DNA of 64,000 nt, taken from assembly GCF_006345805.1 (NCBI RefSeq), contig NC_043024.1, forward strand, positions 17,298,001 through 17,362,000. The letters are read 5' to 3'. Of this stretch, positions 1-10,840 are shown one piece after another; position 1 is the stretch's first letter, and each line of letters opens with the position of its first letter. Made by a program: the position numbers and the translations under genes. The notes beneath the pieces are model-generated. The model searched no databases and was not told the origin of the DNA. It was given only the letters and a program-made list of their open reading frames with translations. This DNA is from Octopus sinensis. Its lineage: Eukaryota.

Positions 1-61
1 CACATACGCCATAGAAACTGGGCCCATGAGCCTGGCTAGGCTTGAAAAGGGCGCATAAAAA

Positions 62-300
62 AATATATATACTTGTTAGTCCTGGTGTTTTTGCTATGTA
101 TTTGTCTGAATATTTTTTTATCATACCTAATGCACCTACTTTAATAGGAACTGTTTCTGTTTTTAGATTTTACATTCAAGTTACCTCTATTTCCAGATCT
201 TTGTATTTTGAAAGTTTCTCCATTTTTTTTCAAGAAACATTCTCATCTCTTCGTATTGATGCATTGATTAGAATGCATTTAGCAAAATTCTTTTTTTATC
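62..300 (-). mobile_element. R4/Dong-like non-LTR retrotransposon 3' fragment (restriction-like endonuclease C-terminus), decayed
   Basis: Minus-strand translation across stops and frameshifts gives EKLSKYKDLEIEVT*M*NLKTETVPIKVGALGMIKKYSDKY, matching the E-K-Y-D-L...P-V-G-A-L-G end of R4/Dong ORFs. Confidence 0.75.
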
Positions 301-589
301 ATTATTATTACTCTTGTCTTCTATAATTAAACCTCTTCACAAATATTTAACATTTGTCCCAATAACAAACTAATTAGTCAGTTTAATTTAAATGTCATGA
401 ACACAGAGTCAATAAAATAAAGGACCAGACAAGTACTGGCTGTGGTGAGGGTTGATGTACCTGACTAAAGCCCCGCCCCCTCCCACCACCACCTTCCTTC
501 ACAGTTGCTTGATTTGACCTCCATTTCTTCATTTTACTCTTCCCTCAACTGCAATTTTATTTCTTCTTCCTTTTCTCTTTCCCTCTTAC

Positions 590-1235
590 TCCACCTTTGC
601 CACCATCGCCATCATCATGATCATCACCATCACCTTCATCATCACCACCACCTCCACTATCAACCTCATCACTGTCACCGCCACCCACATAACACAACCA
701 CCACCATTACCAGCACTATCGTCATCATCATCATCACCGCTGCCACCACCACAATCACCACCACACAGCCAACACCATCACGACGACTGCCACCACCACC
801 ATCACCACAACCACCACCAATATCACACTTACCTTTAAGCTACAATATGAAGAAACATCAAACCTCCTTGAATTTCATTGGTTATCTTTTGATTGAAGAC
901 ATTTCATTAACCATTGGCAACTCACCTGTAAACTGACTCTCAGTGAAAATGTAGCTCACATCTTTTACATCATCATCATCCTAGACCACATCATCATCCT
1001 CACCATTGACATCATCATCATCATGAGTAGAAGCGGCAGCAACGTTTACAGTTTTAACTCTTCCACCTAAACTAAATGCAAACACTTTGCCTTTGTTGTT
1101 GGTCTTGTTGTTGTTGCCCTCCATTCTTCTTCTTCTTCCCCCTCCTGCAGCTGCTGCTGCTGTTGCTGCTACTGATGCTGGTGTTGCTGCTATTGCTACT
1201 GCTGCTACTACTACTACTACTACTACTACTACTAG
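590..1235. repeat. Imperfect (CAT/CAC)n, (CTG)n and (CTA)n trinucleotide tracts
   Basis: Seen directly; they explain the His/Thr/Ser/Leu homopolymer ORFs. Confidence 0.9.
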
Positions 1236-1471
1236 AAGGAAATTCTAATTCCAAGATGGTGGGTTAAATGCTCCATCAAAAGAGAGATGAGGGTGTTGAA
1301 TTATTCTCAAGAGGTGGGAAGCAATGATGCTGAGCCAGCTTGGGAGCAAAGGTGAAATGTAAAAAGATTTGGGCCTCAACATAACCAACAAATTAGCTTC
1401 CTCAGGGGCCATTCAAATGTACATATCCCCCACCTTGCCCCACCACACCAAACACCTCTTTTGTTTCTCTG

Positions 1472-1506
1472 TTTCTGATGAAGGATTTATGTCCGAAATG
1501 TTAAAG
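1472..1506 (+). ncRNA. Minimal hammerhead-ribozyme-like motif (Penelope-type terminal repeat remnant)
   Basis: UUU-CUGAUGA-A-GGA(UUUAUG)UCC-GAAAU-GUU-AAAG: core boxes, stem II and a 3-bp stem I are present. GAAAC appears as GAAAU, consistent with CpG decay. Confidence 0.55.
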
Positions 1507-1774
1507 ATTTGTCTACTTTCCTGTAGACTAACTTTTAATTTGCACTCTCTCTCTCTCACATACACTCATACATGGATACATACATACATACTTATAGTGA
1601 TTTTCATGTCTGAAGGAAAATTGGTAGAATGAAAGAGGGAATAATTAATGAAGATATTTTAGAAATAATTAAATTACACACCCAACTTGGTCTTTTGTTT
1701 TTTTGTAAATTCTCGCTATATGTGTGTGTGTGTGTGTGTGAGTATATATTCTCTTTTTTTACTCTTTTTTTTCT

Positions 1775-2156
1775 TTTTACTTGTTACAGTCATTTGACTG
1801 TGGCCATGCTGGAGCACCGCCTTTAATCGAGCAACTCAACCCCGGGACTTATTCTTTGTAAGCCCAGTACTTATTCTATCGGTCTCTTTTGCTGAACCGC
1901 TAAGTGGCAGGGACATAAACACACCAGCATTGCTAGGGGGACAAACACAGACACACAAACATACATGCACACATATATATATATACATATATACGACCGG
2001 CTTCTTTCAGTTTCCGTCTACGAAATCCACTCACAAGGCTTTGGTCGGCCCGTGGCTATAGTAGAAGACACTTGCCCAAGGTGCCACGCAGTGGGACTGA
2101 ACCCGGAACCATGTAGTTCGTAAGCAAGCTACTTACCACACAGCCACTCCTGCACC
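1775..2156 (-). mobile_element. tRNA-derived SINE family A (CORE-like GGCACCTTGGGCAAGTGTC, internal TA/TG tract)
   Basis: Full head, body and tail; the same family recurs at 23741-24145, 28295-28660, 34215-34545, 39485-39875, 42500-42880, 45287-45668, 47985-48395 and 56698-57098. Confidence 0.85.
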
Positions 2157-2167
2157 TATATACATAT

Positions 2168-2207
<40 letters not shown>

Positions 2208-2401
2208 CATAATTATTAGAGAGTTACCACTATGTGGATAGCTCTAGTGCTAAAAATAGCTCCGATAGTATAGCCACAAAAAGGATGTTTCCAACTAGAA
2301 ATAACATTACATTTTGGTATTATTAAATTTAATATCAATTTTTCACCCTCATTTATAAATTTATATTTATATATATATATATATATATATGCCATCTATG
2401 C

Positions 2402-2646
2402 ACCCTTTTAAAGCCTAGCCAGGCTCATGGGCCTGGTTTCCCGGTTTCAATGGTGTATGTGTTCCCCAGCTGGATGGAACTCTAGTCCATTGCAGTGTTA
2501 CTCATTTTTGCCAGCTGAGTGGACTGGAGCAATGGGAAATGAAGTGTTTTGCTCAAGAACACAATGCGTTGCCCGGTCAAGGAATCAAAACCACAATCTT
2601 ACAACCATGAAGCTGACACCCTAACCACTAAGCCATGCGCCTCCAC
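2402..2646 (-). mobile_element. tRNA-derived SINE family E
   Basis: Minus-strand head GTGGAGGCGCATGGCTTAGTGGTTAGGG with a CORE-like TGTGTTCTTGAGCAAAACAC; its tail recurs at 12-50 and 28000-28110. Confidence 0.8.
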
Positions 2647-3132
2647 ATATATATATATACACAGGATAATATTCTGGGTAATAAATTCAGAATCTGCATT
2701 TAAGCATCTAAAAGCTCCTATACTGTTATTATATTTTAATTACTCAACTGTATAGTTAATCTAAGGACTAATCTTATATAATGATATAGAAATGCAAATT
2801 TAACAACTTAGATATGGTGTCTCGTGCAGAAACAATTGTTGTGATTTTGCCATTAAAGTCTGATATTTTCCATCTTCATGTTATATTATTCGTATATGTA
2901 TATATATGTATGTATGTATGTGTGTCAATACACATGTATATATTGGTTTTAGATATGTGTACATGTGTATGTGTATGTATTTATATATTTGTGTATATAT
3001 GTGTGTGTGTATCTGTGTGTATATATGTCTACACCTACATATCTATATATGCACACACACACACACACATATATGTGAATGTATATCAATCATGTGTGTA
3101 TAAATGTTTGTTTATACACACGATTCATACAG

Positions 3133-3178
<46 letters not shown>

Positions 3179-3589
3179 ACCAACAGGACAGTAATGAATC
3201 AAATGGAACCGAATATATACCCTTTTCCCTAGTTGCAGTATTAAGCCCCCTCCCCTGCACAAATCTGGGTATAAACCATCCTTATCACTACCTGTCTCCA
3301 CTCCTTTCATCTTGTTTGTTTTGACAATCTACATACCCCCAAACCACCCAGCCAGTTCCCACTGAACACACTACCCTCCCTTCCACTCGGACATACTTCA
3401 CACGCCTACCCCCCCCAACTCCCCAGCTGGTGCTGTTTCCTTCTGAGAAACCCAAACTGTTTTGGATATATCAGATGGCAAGAAGTGAATTCTATGAAAT
3501 TATTAACAAATAACATTTTAGGTATTGAATAGGTAAGGGGTGGGGTGAGAGGAAGGGCTAAGAATATCTGATTTGATGGAAATCTAGGA

Positions 3590-3976
3590 ATGTCTGTGTG
3601 TGTGATTGTATATATTGCATGTATATAATGCACATATTAATGTGTATGTATATATATATATAAATATGTGTATATATATATATATGTCTGTGTGTGTATA
3701 TATACATGTATATACATATGTATACATATATATGCTTGTATGTGTTTGTGTATGTAGGTGTATACATATATATATATTGTATAGTCGTGTATGTATATTT
3801 TTATGCACATATAAGTGAGTAGGTGTATATATGCTATAGATATACACAGCCATATACAAGTATATTTACATTCTTCTCTTATATTTCTACTTGTGTATAT
3901 GTATGTACATTTACAAGTGTGTTTGTATGTACATGTGCGTGTACAAACATATATGTATTGATATATGTGTGTGTAT

Positions 3977-4029
<53 letters not shown>

Positions 4030-4457
4030 CATATCAATACATAAATATATATCAATACATACATATATATATGCATGTGTCACCAAGGTAAATATACACA
4101 CACACACACAATTTAGTGTAGGACCACTTAAAGATTAGAAGTGATGTATAAATTGACAGTAGAGGAGAAAGAGAGAACAGCAAATATATATATTGAGAGA
4201 GAGAGAGAGAGAGAGAGAACAGAGGTGGTTGGTGTATTGATGGGTAAACTAGATTGTTACCAAATAAATGGTTGAAGAATTACAGAGACTTGAACTTGTC
4301 AAAGAATAATGGAATGTTTTACACAATCTCTGCGATGGTGAGGTGGGTGAGGTGATGGAGCTCGGCAGTGGTGGGGGGTATAATGAATTGACTGCACTTT
4401 CCTAAGGTGTGTGTGTGTATATGTATGTATATGTATGTGTATATATATATATATATA

Positions 4458-4497
<40 letters not shown>

Positions 4498-4525
4498 GAT
4501 ATATATATATGTATGCATATATATG

Positions 4526-4572
<47 letters not shown>

Positions 4573-4599
4573 TGTATAAATATATATAGATATATATGT

Positions 4600-4634
<35 letters not shown>

Positions 4635-4698
4635 CATATATAAATATATATATATGTGTATATATATATATACATATATAAATATATATATATGTGTA

Positions 4699-4729
<31 letters not shown>

Positions 4730-4732
4730 ATG

Positions 4733-4780
<48 letters not shown>

Positions 4781-4870
4781 TATATACATATAGATATATA
4801 TATATAAAATGTATGTGTGTTTCTGTGGATATGTATATATGTATATGTGTGTGTGTGTGTGTGTGTGTAT
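3590..4870. repeat. Compound (TA)/(TG)/(CA) microsatellites
   Basis: Seen directly. Confidence 0.95.
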
Positions 4871-5787
4871 TGTTATTTGTGGTTACTCTATTCTCTGAAC
4901 AGTTGCAAGAGATTCAATATGGCAGAGTAAACAATATTTCGGAGGGAAGACATGAAGAAAATAAATAAATAAATAAACAAAAAAATGAGAACACTTCAAG
5001 AAATAATTAGGTTTTCTGATAGTTTGTGTGATGTTGGGTTTGGGGCTGGTCTTTGATAAATAATTGCATGACTCCTTAGGGCCAAAGGAACTAATAGTGG
5101 TCTTTTTATTGTCATAGTTGTGGTCATCATCATCGTGGTAGTGGTAGTAGTAGTAGTAGTAGTAGCAGCAGCAGTTGTAGTAGTAGTAGTAGCAGTAGTA
5201 ATAGTTGTTGCAGCAGTTGTAGTAGTAGAAGTAGTAGTAGTGGTGGTGGTGGTGGTGTCTATAATAATAATAGTAGTGGTTGTTGAAGTTATTCCTGTCA
5301 GTGTTGTAGTTGTTATGACAAAGTGTGTGATGTAGTGGAGTTGTGTTGCGAAAGTTTAAAATGACTTTCCTGTCAAACTTTCACAAAGCATCGCATGTTT
5401 TTATTGTGCCTCTCACAGTATCTACATTAGATGGTCCTTTTGTTTATGTGGAACCTCCTAGTATTTTTGTTATTGTATTTCTTTTTTTTTTCCAGGTAAT
5501 TCAATTCTTTAGTGTTTTGAGTACAAATGTCTATTAAGAATAATGAGTGATGAAGATAAGGTTCTTCAAATTAATCTTTCTCACTAATTTTGAAAGAAAT
5601 AGTCATATTTGACCTCCAGGCAATAAATCATTGTGTTTGGGCTCCATCCCATGTCAGGTTGGTGGTGTTTGCCTTTAGTAGATTTGGTAATGGAAATGTC
5701 CTACCAATATTTCTACCAATATATCGAGTGTATATGTCTGTACAAATATGAATGTATATATGCATGTATTTATGTATATGTGGGTAT

Positions 5788-6574
5788 CAGAGGTGACTCC
5801 AAGTCATTAGCGTCACTCTGGCTCATCACAGATTCCACATAAGACACATGCCTGCTTAAAGAATTTCATGTTTTTCCCTTTTATTTCTAGCCCCCAAATG
5901 GTATTTTTTATATCTAGCACTATGTCTTTCTCCATTTCTAAATTGAGGGTAAAAATAAAACAGCCCTGCAAAACACAACGGATCTTTACACACAGATGCA
6001 CAGAATAACAGCAATCAAATAATGAAAGCGGAGTGCACAACAAACATCAACGATCTGACTGTCACCTGTACACTTCACAAGAGATTCCATTTAGTCTTTT
6101 ACACCTACCAGGCTTGTTTGTATTAACCCGAGTTGCTGGATAATTTTGAGTTTTTTCAAGAATATTGTAGAATGCAAACTTTTCATAGATTGGAATTTAA
6201 ATCCTAACCTTTATAGAAATTTGTTGTTTCAAGAAAAAAACTGAATTTGAATTAGTTTTGATTTTTACGATTATAGATAACAACTCGGGCTGTAACTTCT
6301 GAGCCTGAGTCAGTCATCTGTGAACGATGTCAAGAGAACGTCTGCTACGAATGATATTTTTTGATACGGGGCACCTCTAAGATGGCCAACAGATGTTGAA
6401 TGAAAATAAATGAACTGCGACCAGGCTCAATAAAATGAGTTTGAGTTATTGGCTGAAATTACATACTTGAAGTTAATGTTGGCATAAATTAAATCAGGCT
6501 GCAAATACATGTTCACTTTACTAAATTTATACTCGGGCTAAGCCCAAACAGCCCAAGTGCTGGAGTCGCCACTG
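5788..6574. mobile_element. Non-autonomous hAT-like DNA element
   Basis: TIRs CAGAGGTGACTCCA / TGGAGTCGCCACTG; flanking 8-mers GTGGGTAT and GCGGATAT (6/8 identical) fit a decayed 8-bp TSD. Confidence 0.6.
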
Positions 6575-6789
6575 GCGGATATGTGTGTTTATAAAGATGT
6601 ATTTATGTGTATATATGTGTTTATAGGTATGAATGTACATATGCATATATATGAGCTTGTATCTGTATAAGTTTGTGTGTATATGTACATAAGTTGTATG
6701 CATATATACATTAATTTGTATGTATACATATGTAGGACTGTAAAATTGCTAAGTAAAATCATGTCCATCCACACTCATAGGCATGTCTG

Positions 6790-7110
6790 TAATGACCATG
6801 TTCCCCTCCCTCTCCCTCAGCTGAGAGGTCTCTATCTTGCAGGTGCCAATGCCACATACAATGCACTTGTGCCACTGTCAGGTAAATGCATGCATGCCAG
6901 TGGCACACAAAATCTACCCAGCACACTCTGTAAAGTGGTTGGCGTTAGGAAAGGTGTCCAGCCATATAAACCATGCCAAAACAGATGACTAGAGCCTGGC
7001 CAACTCTCCAGCTGACCAGCTCTCTGGCTGACCAGCTCCTGTCAAACCATCCAACACACACCAGCATGGACAATGGACATTAAACAATGATGCTGATGCT
7101 GATAATGTAT
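6790..7110 (+). mobile_element. RTE-type 3' tail fragment
   Basis: GTGGCACACAAAAT...GTGGTTGGCGTTAGGAAAGGTGTCCAGC...CCAGCATGG and a TGA-type tail match the 3' end of the RTE at 21870-22048. Confidence 0.75.
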
Positions 7111-7194
7111 GATGCAGTGTGCACTTCTATTTTCAAAACAATAAGTATTTACATTATTTACATTTGATGGATATTTGTCCTCATCTTGTTTGTT

Positions 7195-7240
7195 AACACA
7201 ACGTTTCAGTTGATATACCCTGCAGCCTTCATCAGGTGTC
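7195..7240 (-). ncRNA. Minimal hammerhead-ribozyme-like motif
   Basis: GACAC-CUGAUGA-A-GGCUG(CAGGGUAUAU)CAACU-GAAAC-GUU-GUGUU: intact core, 5-bp stem I, palindromic AACGUU stem III, one stem II mismatch. Confidence 0.65.
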
Positions 7241-7332
7241 TTGGGGAAACTTTGAACCTAGCATAGTGGTTAAGAGCACAGGCTACTAACCCCAAGATTC
7301 CGAGTTCGATTCCAGGCAGTGACCTGAATAAA

Positions 7333-7363
<31 letters not shown>

Positions 7364-7425
7364 GTAATAATAATAACATCGAAAAATACTTTGGGAATGA
7401 AAACCCAGGGTCAACATTTCCCTAA

Positions 7426-7471
7426 GACACCTGATGAAGGCTGGAGGGTATATCAGCTGAAGTGTTGTGTT
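7426..7471 (+). ncRNA. Degenerate hammerhead-like motif (second copy)
   Basis: GACAC-CUGAUGA-A-GGCUG(GAGGGUAUAU)CAGCU-GAAGU-GUU-GUGUU: stem II intact, GAAAC box mutated. Confidence 0.55.
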
Positions 7472-7989
7472 AACAACAAAGATGAGGACAAATATCCGTT
7501 GAATATAAATAATGTAAATAATGTTCATAATTCCTCATCTCTTAAAGATGGAGCTGAACAAGAATTTAATTTTAAACAGATTTGACTGCTATTTCTTGTA
7601 TATTGGCTACCCAGGAAAAGTCTCTCTCTCTCTCACGTTCTCTTTCTTTCTCTCTTTCTCCCACTCCCCTTCTCTCTCTCTCCCTTTCTCTCTCATAATA
7701 TTTTGTCTGATTCTTCTCAACCCATAGTCGTAGAATATAATTATTCCATAACTCGGCAACTTCCAACATGAACCTCACCAGAACTCCATTTATTATTTAA
7801 ATTTCAAAACTTTAAATGAAATCTCATCATTAAATCAGTGAGAGAATCAAACATTTATGAGGAAACGTGTGAAGCAGTGATTGTGAGTAAACAAACCTAA
7901 GACCAGTTCGAACCGGTTCAAGAGATATTTTATAGGTGCAAATATCTTGCAAATATATTGGAATTGGTCTTCAGTTTGTTTGTCTCTTA

Positions 7990-9150
7990 TTATTAAGTTG
8001 AAGAAGACAGTGAGTGGGCACAATCGTTAGTACACCAGACAAAATGCTTAGCTGTATTTCTTTCACCTCTGCATTCCGAGTTCAAATTCCGCCGTGGTTG
8101 ACTTTACCTTTCATCCTTTCAGGGGTTGATAAATCAAGGACCAGTCAAGTAATGTGGTTGATGTAATTGACTCATCCCCTCCTCCCAAAATTGCTGCTCT
8201 TGTGGTAAAATTTGAAACTGCTGTTAAGTTGAAGGAAGGCAGCCCAAGCTTGCAGAATCATTATTACATTGGGTGAAGTGCTTAGCGGTATTTCATCTCT
8301 CGCAACATTCTGAGTTCAAATTTCTTTCATTCTTTCAGGGGTCAATAAATAAAGTACCAGTCAAGTACTGAGGTCGATGTGATTGACCTTCCTCATCCCC
8401 CAAAATTTCAAACCTTGTGCCACTAGGAGAAAGGATTAAGTCGAAAGAAGGCAGGGAGCTGGCAGAATTATTAGCAAGTCGGACGAAATGCCTAGTGGTA
8501 TTTCATCTGCCACTACATTCTGAGTTCAAATTCCGCCAAGGTCAACTTTACCTTTCATCCTTTCGGGGGTCGATAAATGAAGTATCAGTTGAACACTGGG
8601 GTCAATGTGATTGACCTTCCCCATCACCCAAAATTTTGGCCTTGTGCCACTAGTAGAAAGGATTATTAAGTTGAAGGAAGTGGCAGAATCATTAGCATGC
8701 TAGGCAAAAGACTTAGCAGTATTTCTCTTGTCTTTATGTTCTGAGTTCAAATTCTGCCAAAGTTGACTTCACTTTTCATCCTTTCAGGGTCGATAGAATA
8801 AGTACCAGTCGAGTACTAGGGTCTATGAAATCAACTTAACCCCTCCCCTGAAATTACTGGCCTTGTGCCAAAAATTTGAAACCATTATTAAGTTAACCAT
8901 TTGAAACCATTATCAAGGAAGGCAGTAAGGCGGCGACATGGCAGAATTGTTATCACTCCAAGTTAAATGCTTAGTTGTATTTCACCCATCACTACGTGCT
9001 AAGTTCAAGTTCCGCCAAGGTCAACTTAGCTTTTATCCATTCAGGGTTGATAAATTAAGTACCAGTTGTGTAATGGGGTTGATGTAATTGACACATCCCC
9101 TTTCCCAAAATTGCTGCCCTTGTGGCAAAATTTGAAACCATTATTAAGGA
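7990..9150 (+). mobile_element. Head-to-tail array of five SINE family B copies
   Basis: Five units with TGAGTTCAAATT (B box) ... TTTCATCCTTTC ... AAGTACCAG starting near 8004, 8235, 8447, 8678 and 8918, separated by a TTAAGTTGAAG-like spacer. Confidence 0.85.
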
Positions 9151-9211
9151 AGCTTCTTACCACACGGCTGAACCTGTACCTATATGCAAATAATTACAAT
9201 ATATTACTGTA

Positions 9212-9507
9212 GAGGCACATGGTCTAGTGCTTAGAGCAGCAGACTCGCAGTCGAGGGATTGTGAGTTCGAATCTCAGACTGGGCGATGTGTGTGTTTATG
9301 AGTGAAACACCTAAGCTCCACGCGGTTCTGGGAGAATGTAATGGCGAACCTCTGCTAACTCTTTCACCACAACTTTCACTCTTTCCTCCTGCATCTTGCA
9401 GCTCACATGCAACGGTCCGGCGTCCTGTCCAGGTGGGGAACCTATATGCGAAGGAAACCGGGAAACCAGCCCTATGAGTTAAGCATGGCTTGAGAAGGAA
9501 CAGACAA
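9212..9507 (+). mobile_element. tRNA-derived SINE family C
   Basis: GAGGCACATGGTCTAGTG...GAGTTCGAATCTC head; homologous to 15416-15719(-), 31900-32205(-) and a variant at 48460-48780(-). Confidence 0.85.
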
Positions 9508-10615
9508 TATATGACTAAAGGTTTTCTTTATTTGTAACACATGTGAAAGTATTCTGGTTTTACCATAGTTCTAAACCATACATAATCTGTATGTTTGTGT
9601 GCATGTGTGCATTCACATATGTGTGTACACATGTGTATGTGTGTGTAAGTGTGAGGCATAGCAATAAAGAATACATTATTAAAACCTGCGACTGCTGTCT
9701 GTAAATGATGATGTTCAAAGCAATAAGTGACAGACGTTTCGGTATATTTCCGGTAGATCAGTGCAAATTCATATGACTTCAATAATTCACCAATGAGAAT
9801 TAGACCTCATGGCACCATTTCAGGATGGTTTTTATTTTCCTGGTTTTTATTTATTCAGAATTTTTTTTCAATTTAATCTTATGAAATATTGCAAAAGAGT
9901 TATTACATTTTTCTTCACATCTGCTTGTGGTAAATCCTTAGTAGAGGCATGGCATGCAGTGATTTTAGAGCTATATATATATATATATATATAGATAGAT
10001 AAATAGATCTATATATATATAGATGTATATATATATGTGTGCGTATATATGTATGTATGCATTATCTATATGCATATGTATTATATATATATATATATAT
10101 ATATTGAGAGAGGGAGAGGTGGAATTAATATATATAAGTATTTATGAATTGATATATAATAGTGTAAACATAATAGACTCACACACACACAAACACACAA
10201 GTTCAAATAAAGTGACATGTGTAGCATTGTGTAAGAATATGTTTAGAGGTACAAACATGTTTGTGTATGCATGTATATATTTATATATCCACACATGCAC
10301 ACACATGCAGAGGAGTTGAAGTGAGCTAATATACATTTGTGTTCATGTACATGTTTGTATAAGTGTGTGTATGTGTATGCGCACATACTTACACATGAAT
10401 ATCAACATATATTCACCGACACACATTTACACATGAAATCCTGCAATCCTACATTGTAGGTCATATCCCAAGACACCAGTAACTGATTGGCTATAAGCAC
10501 ACACATACACACACACACACATACATACACACACAAGCACGCACATACACACACACACTCACATACACATTAATAGTTCCAATCCCAGCCAGAGAGACCC
10601 TGTCAGAAGCTGTAT

Positions 10616-10840
10616 GCAGAGTTGTCAATTATCAATACACATTTATTTAGGTGTTGGAACTACACTTTCGATGTATCTTGGCTACAGGGGCATAGCATAT
10701 GTACATTCATATCTATATATCTATGTATGAATGTACTTATGATATGCCCCAGCAGCCAAGATACATCAAAAGTGAAGTTCCAGCACCTAAATAAATACAG
10801 CAACAATATATAAGTATGTATTGCTAATTGATAACACTGC
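10616..10840. repeat. Fold-back element (MITE-like) with an inner hairpin of about 75-bp arms
   Basis: 10642-10795 is self-complementary; outer IR GCAGAGTTGTCAATTATCAATAC / GTATTGCTAATTGATAACACTGC lies in a TA context. Confidence 0.75.

Larger units (their letters stand above)
7147..7520. mobile_element. Composite: inverted Penelope-like terminal repeats, each with a hammerhead-like motif, flanking a tRNA-derived head and (AAT)n
   Basis: About 7147-7261 is the reverse complement of about 7404-7520. A box TAGCATAGTGG at 7259-7269, B box GTTCGATTCC at 7304-7313, (AAT)n at about 7328-7375. Confidence 0.7.

Noticed and set aside
505-1267. His-, Thr-, Ser- and Gln-rich ORFs suggesting a low-complexity protein
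   Set aside because: They are built from trinucleotide repeats, with no unique domain or convincing splice context. The same applies to 11136-11689, 22139-22744 and 31174-31644.
5417-5460. Plus-strand micro-exon VSTLDGPFVYVEPP resembling the NMDA-receptor S1 motif PFVYV
   Set aside because: Only 14 residues, the spacing is off and no other receptor exons were found; a chance match is likely.
7259-7325. Possible tRNA-Ser gene
   Set aside because: A and B boxes are present, but the acceptor, anticodon and T stems do not pair, so I treat it as a SINE-type head. The same holds for the other SINE heads.
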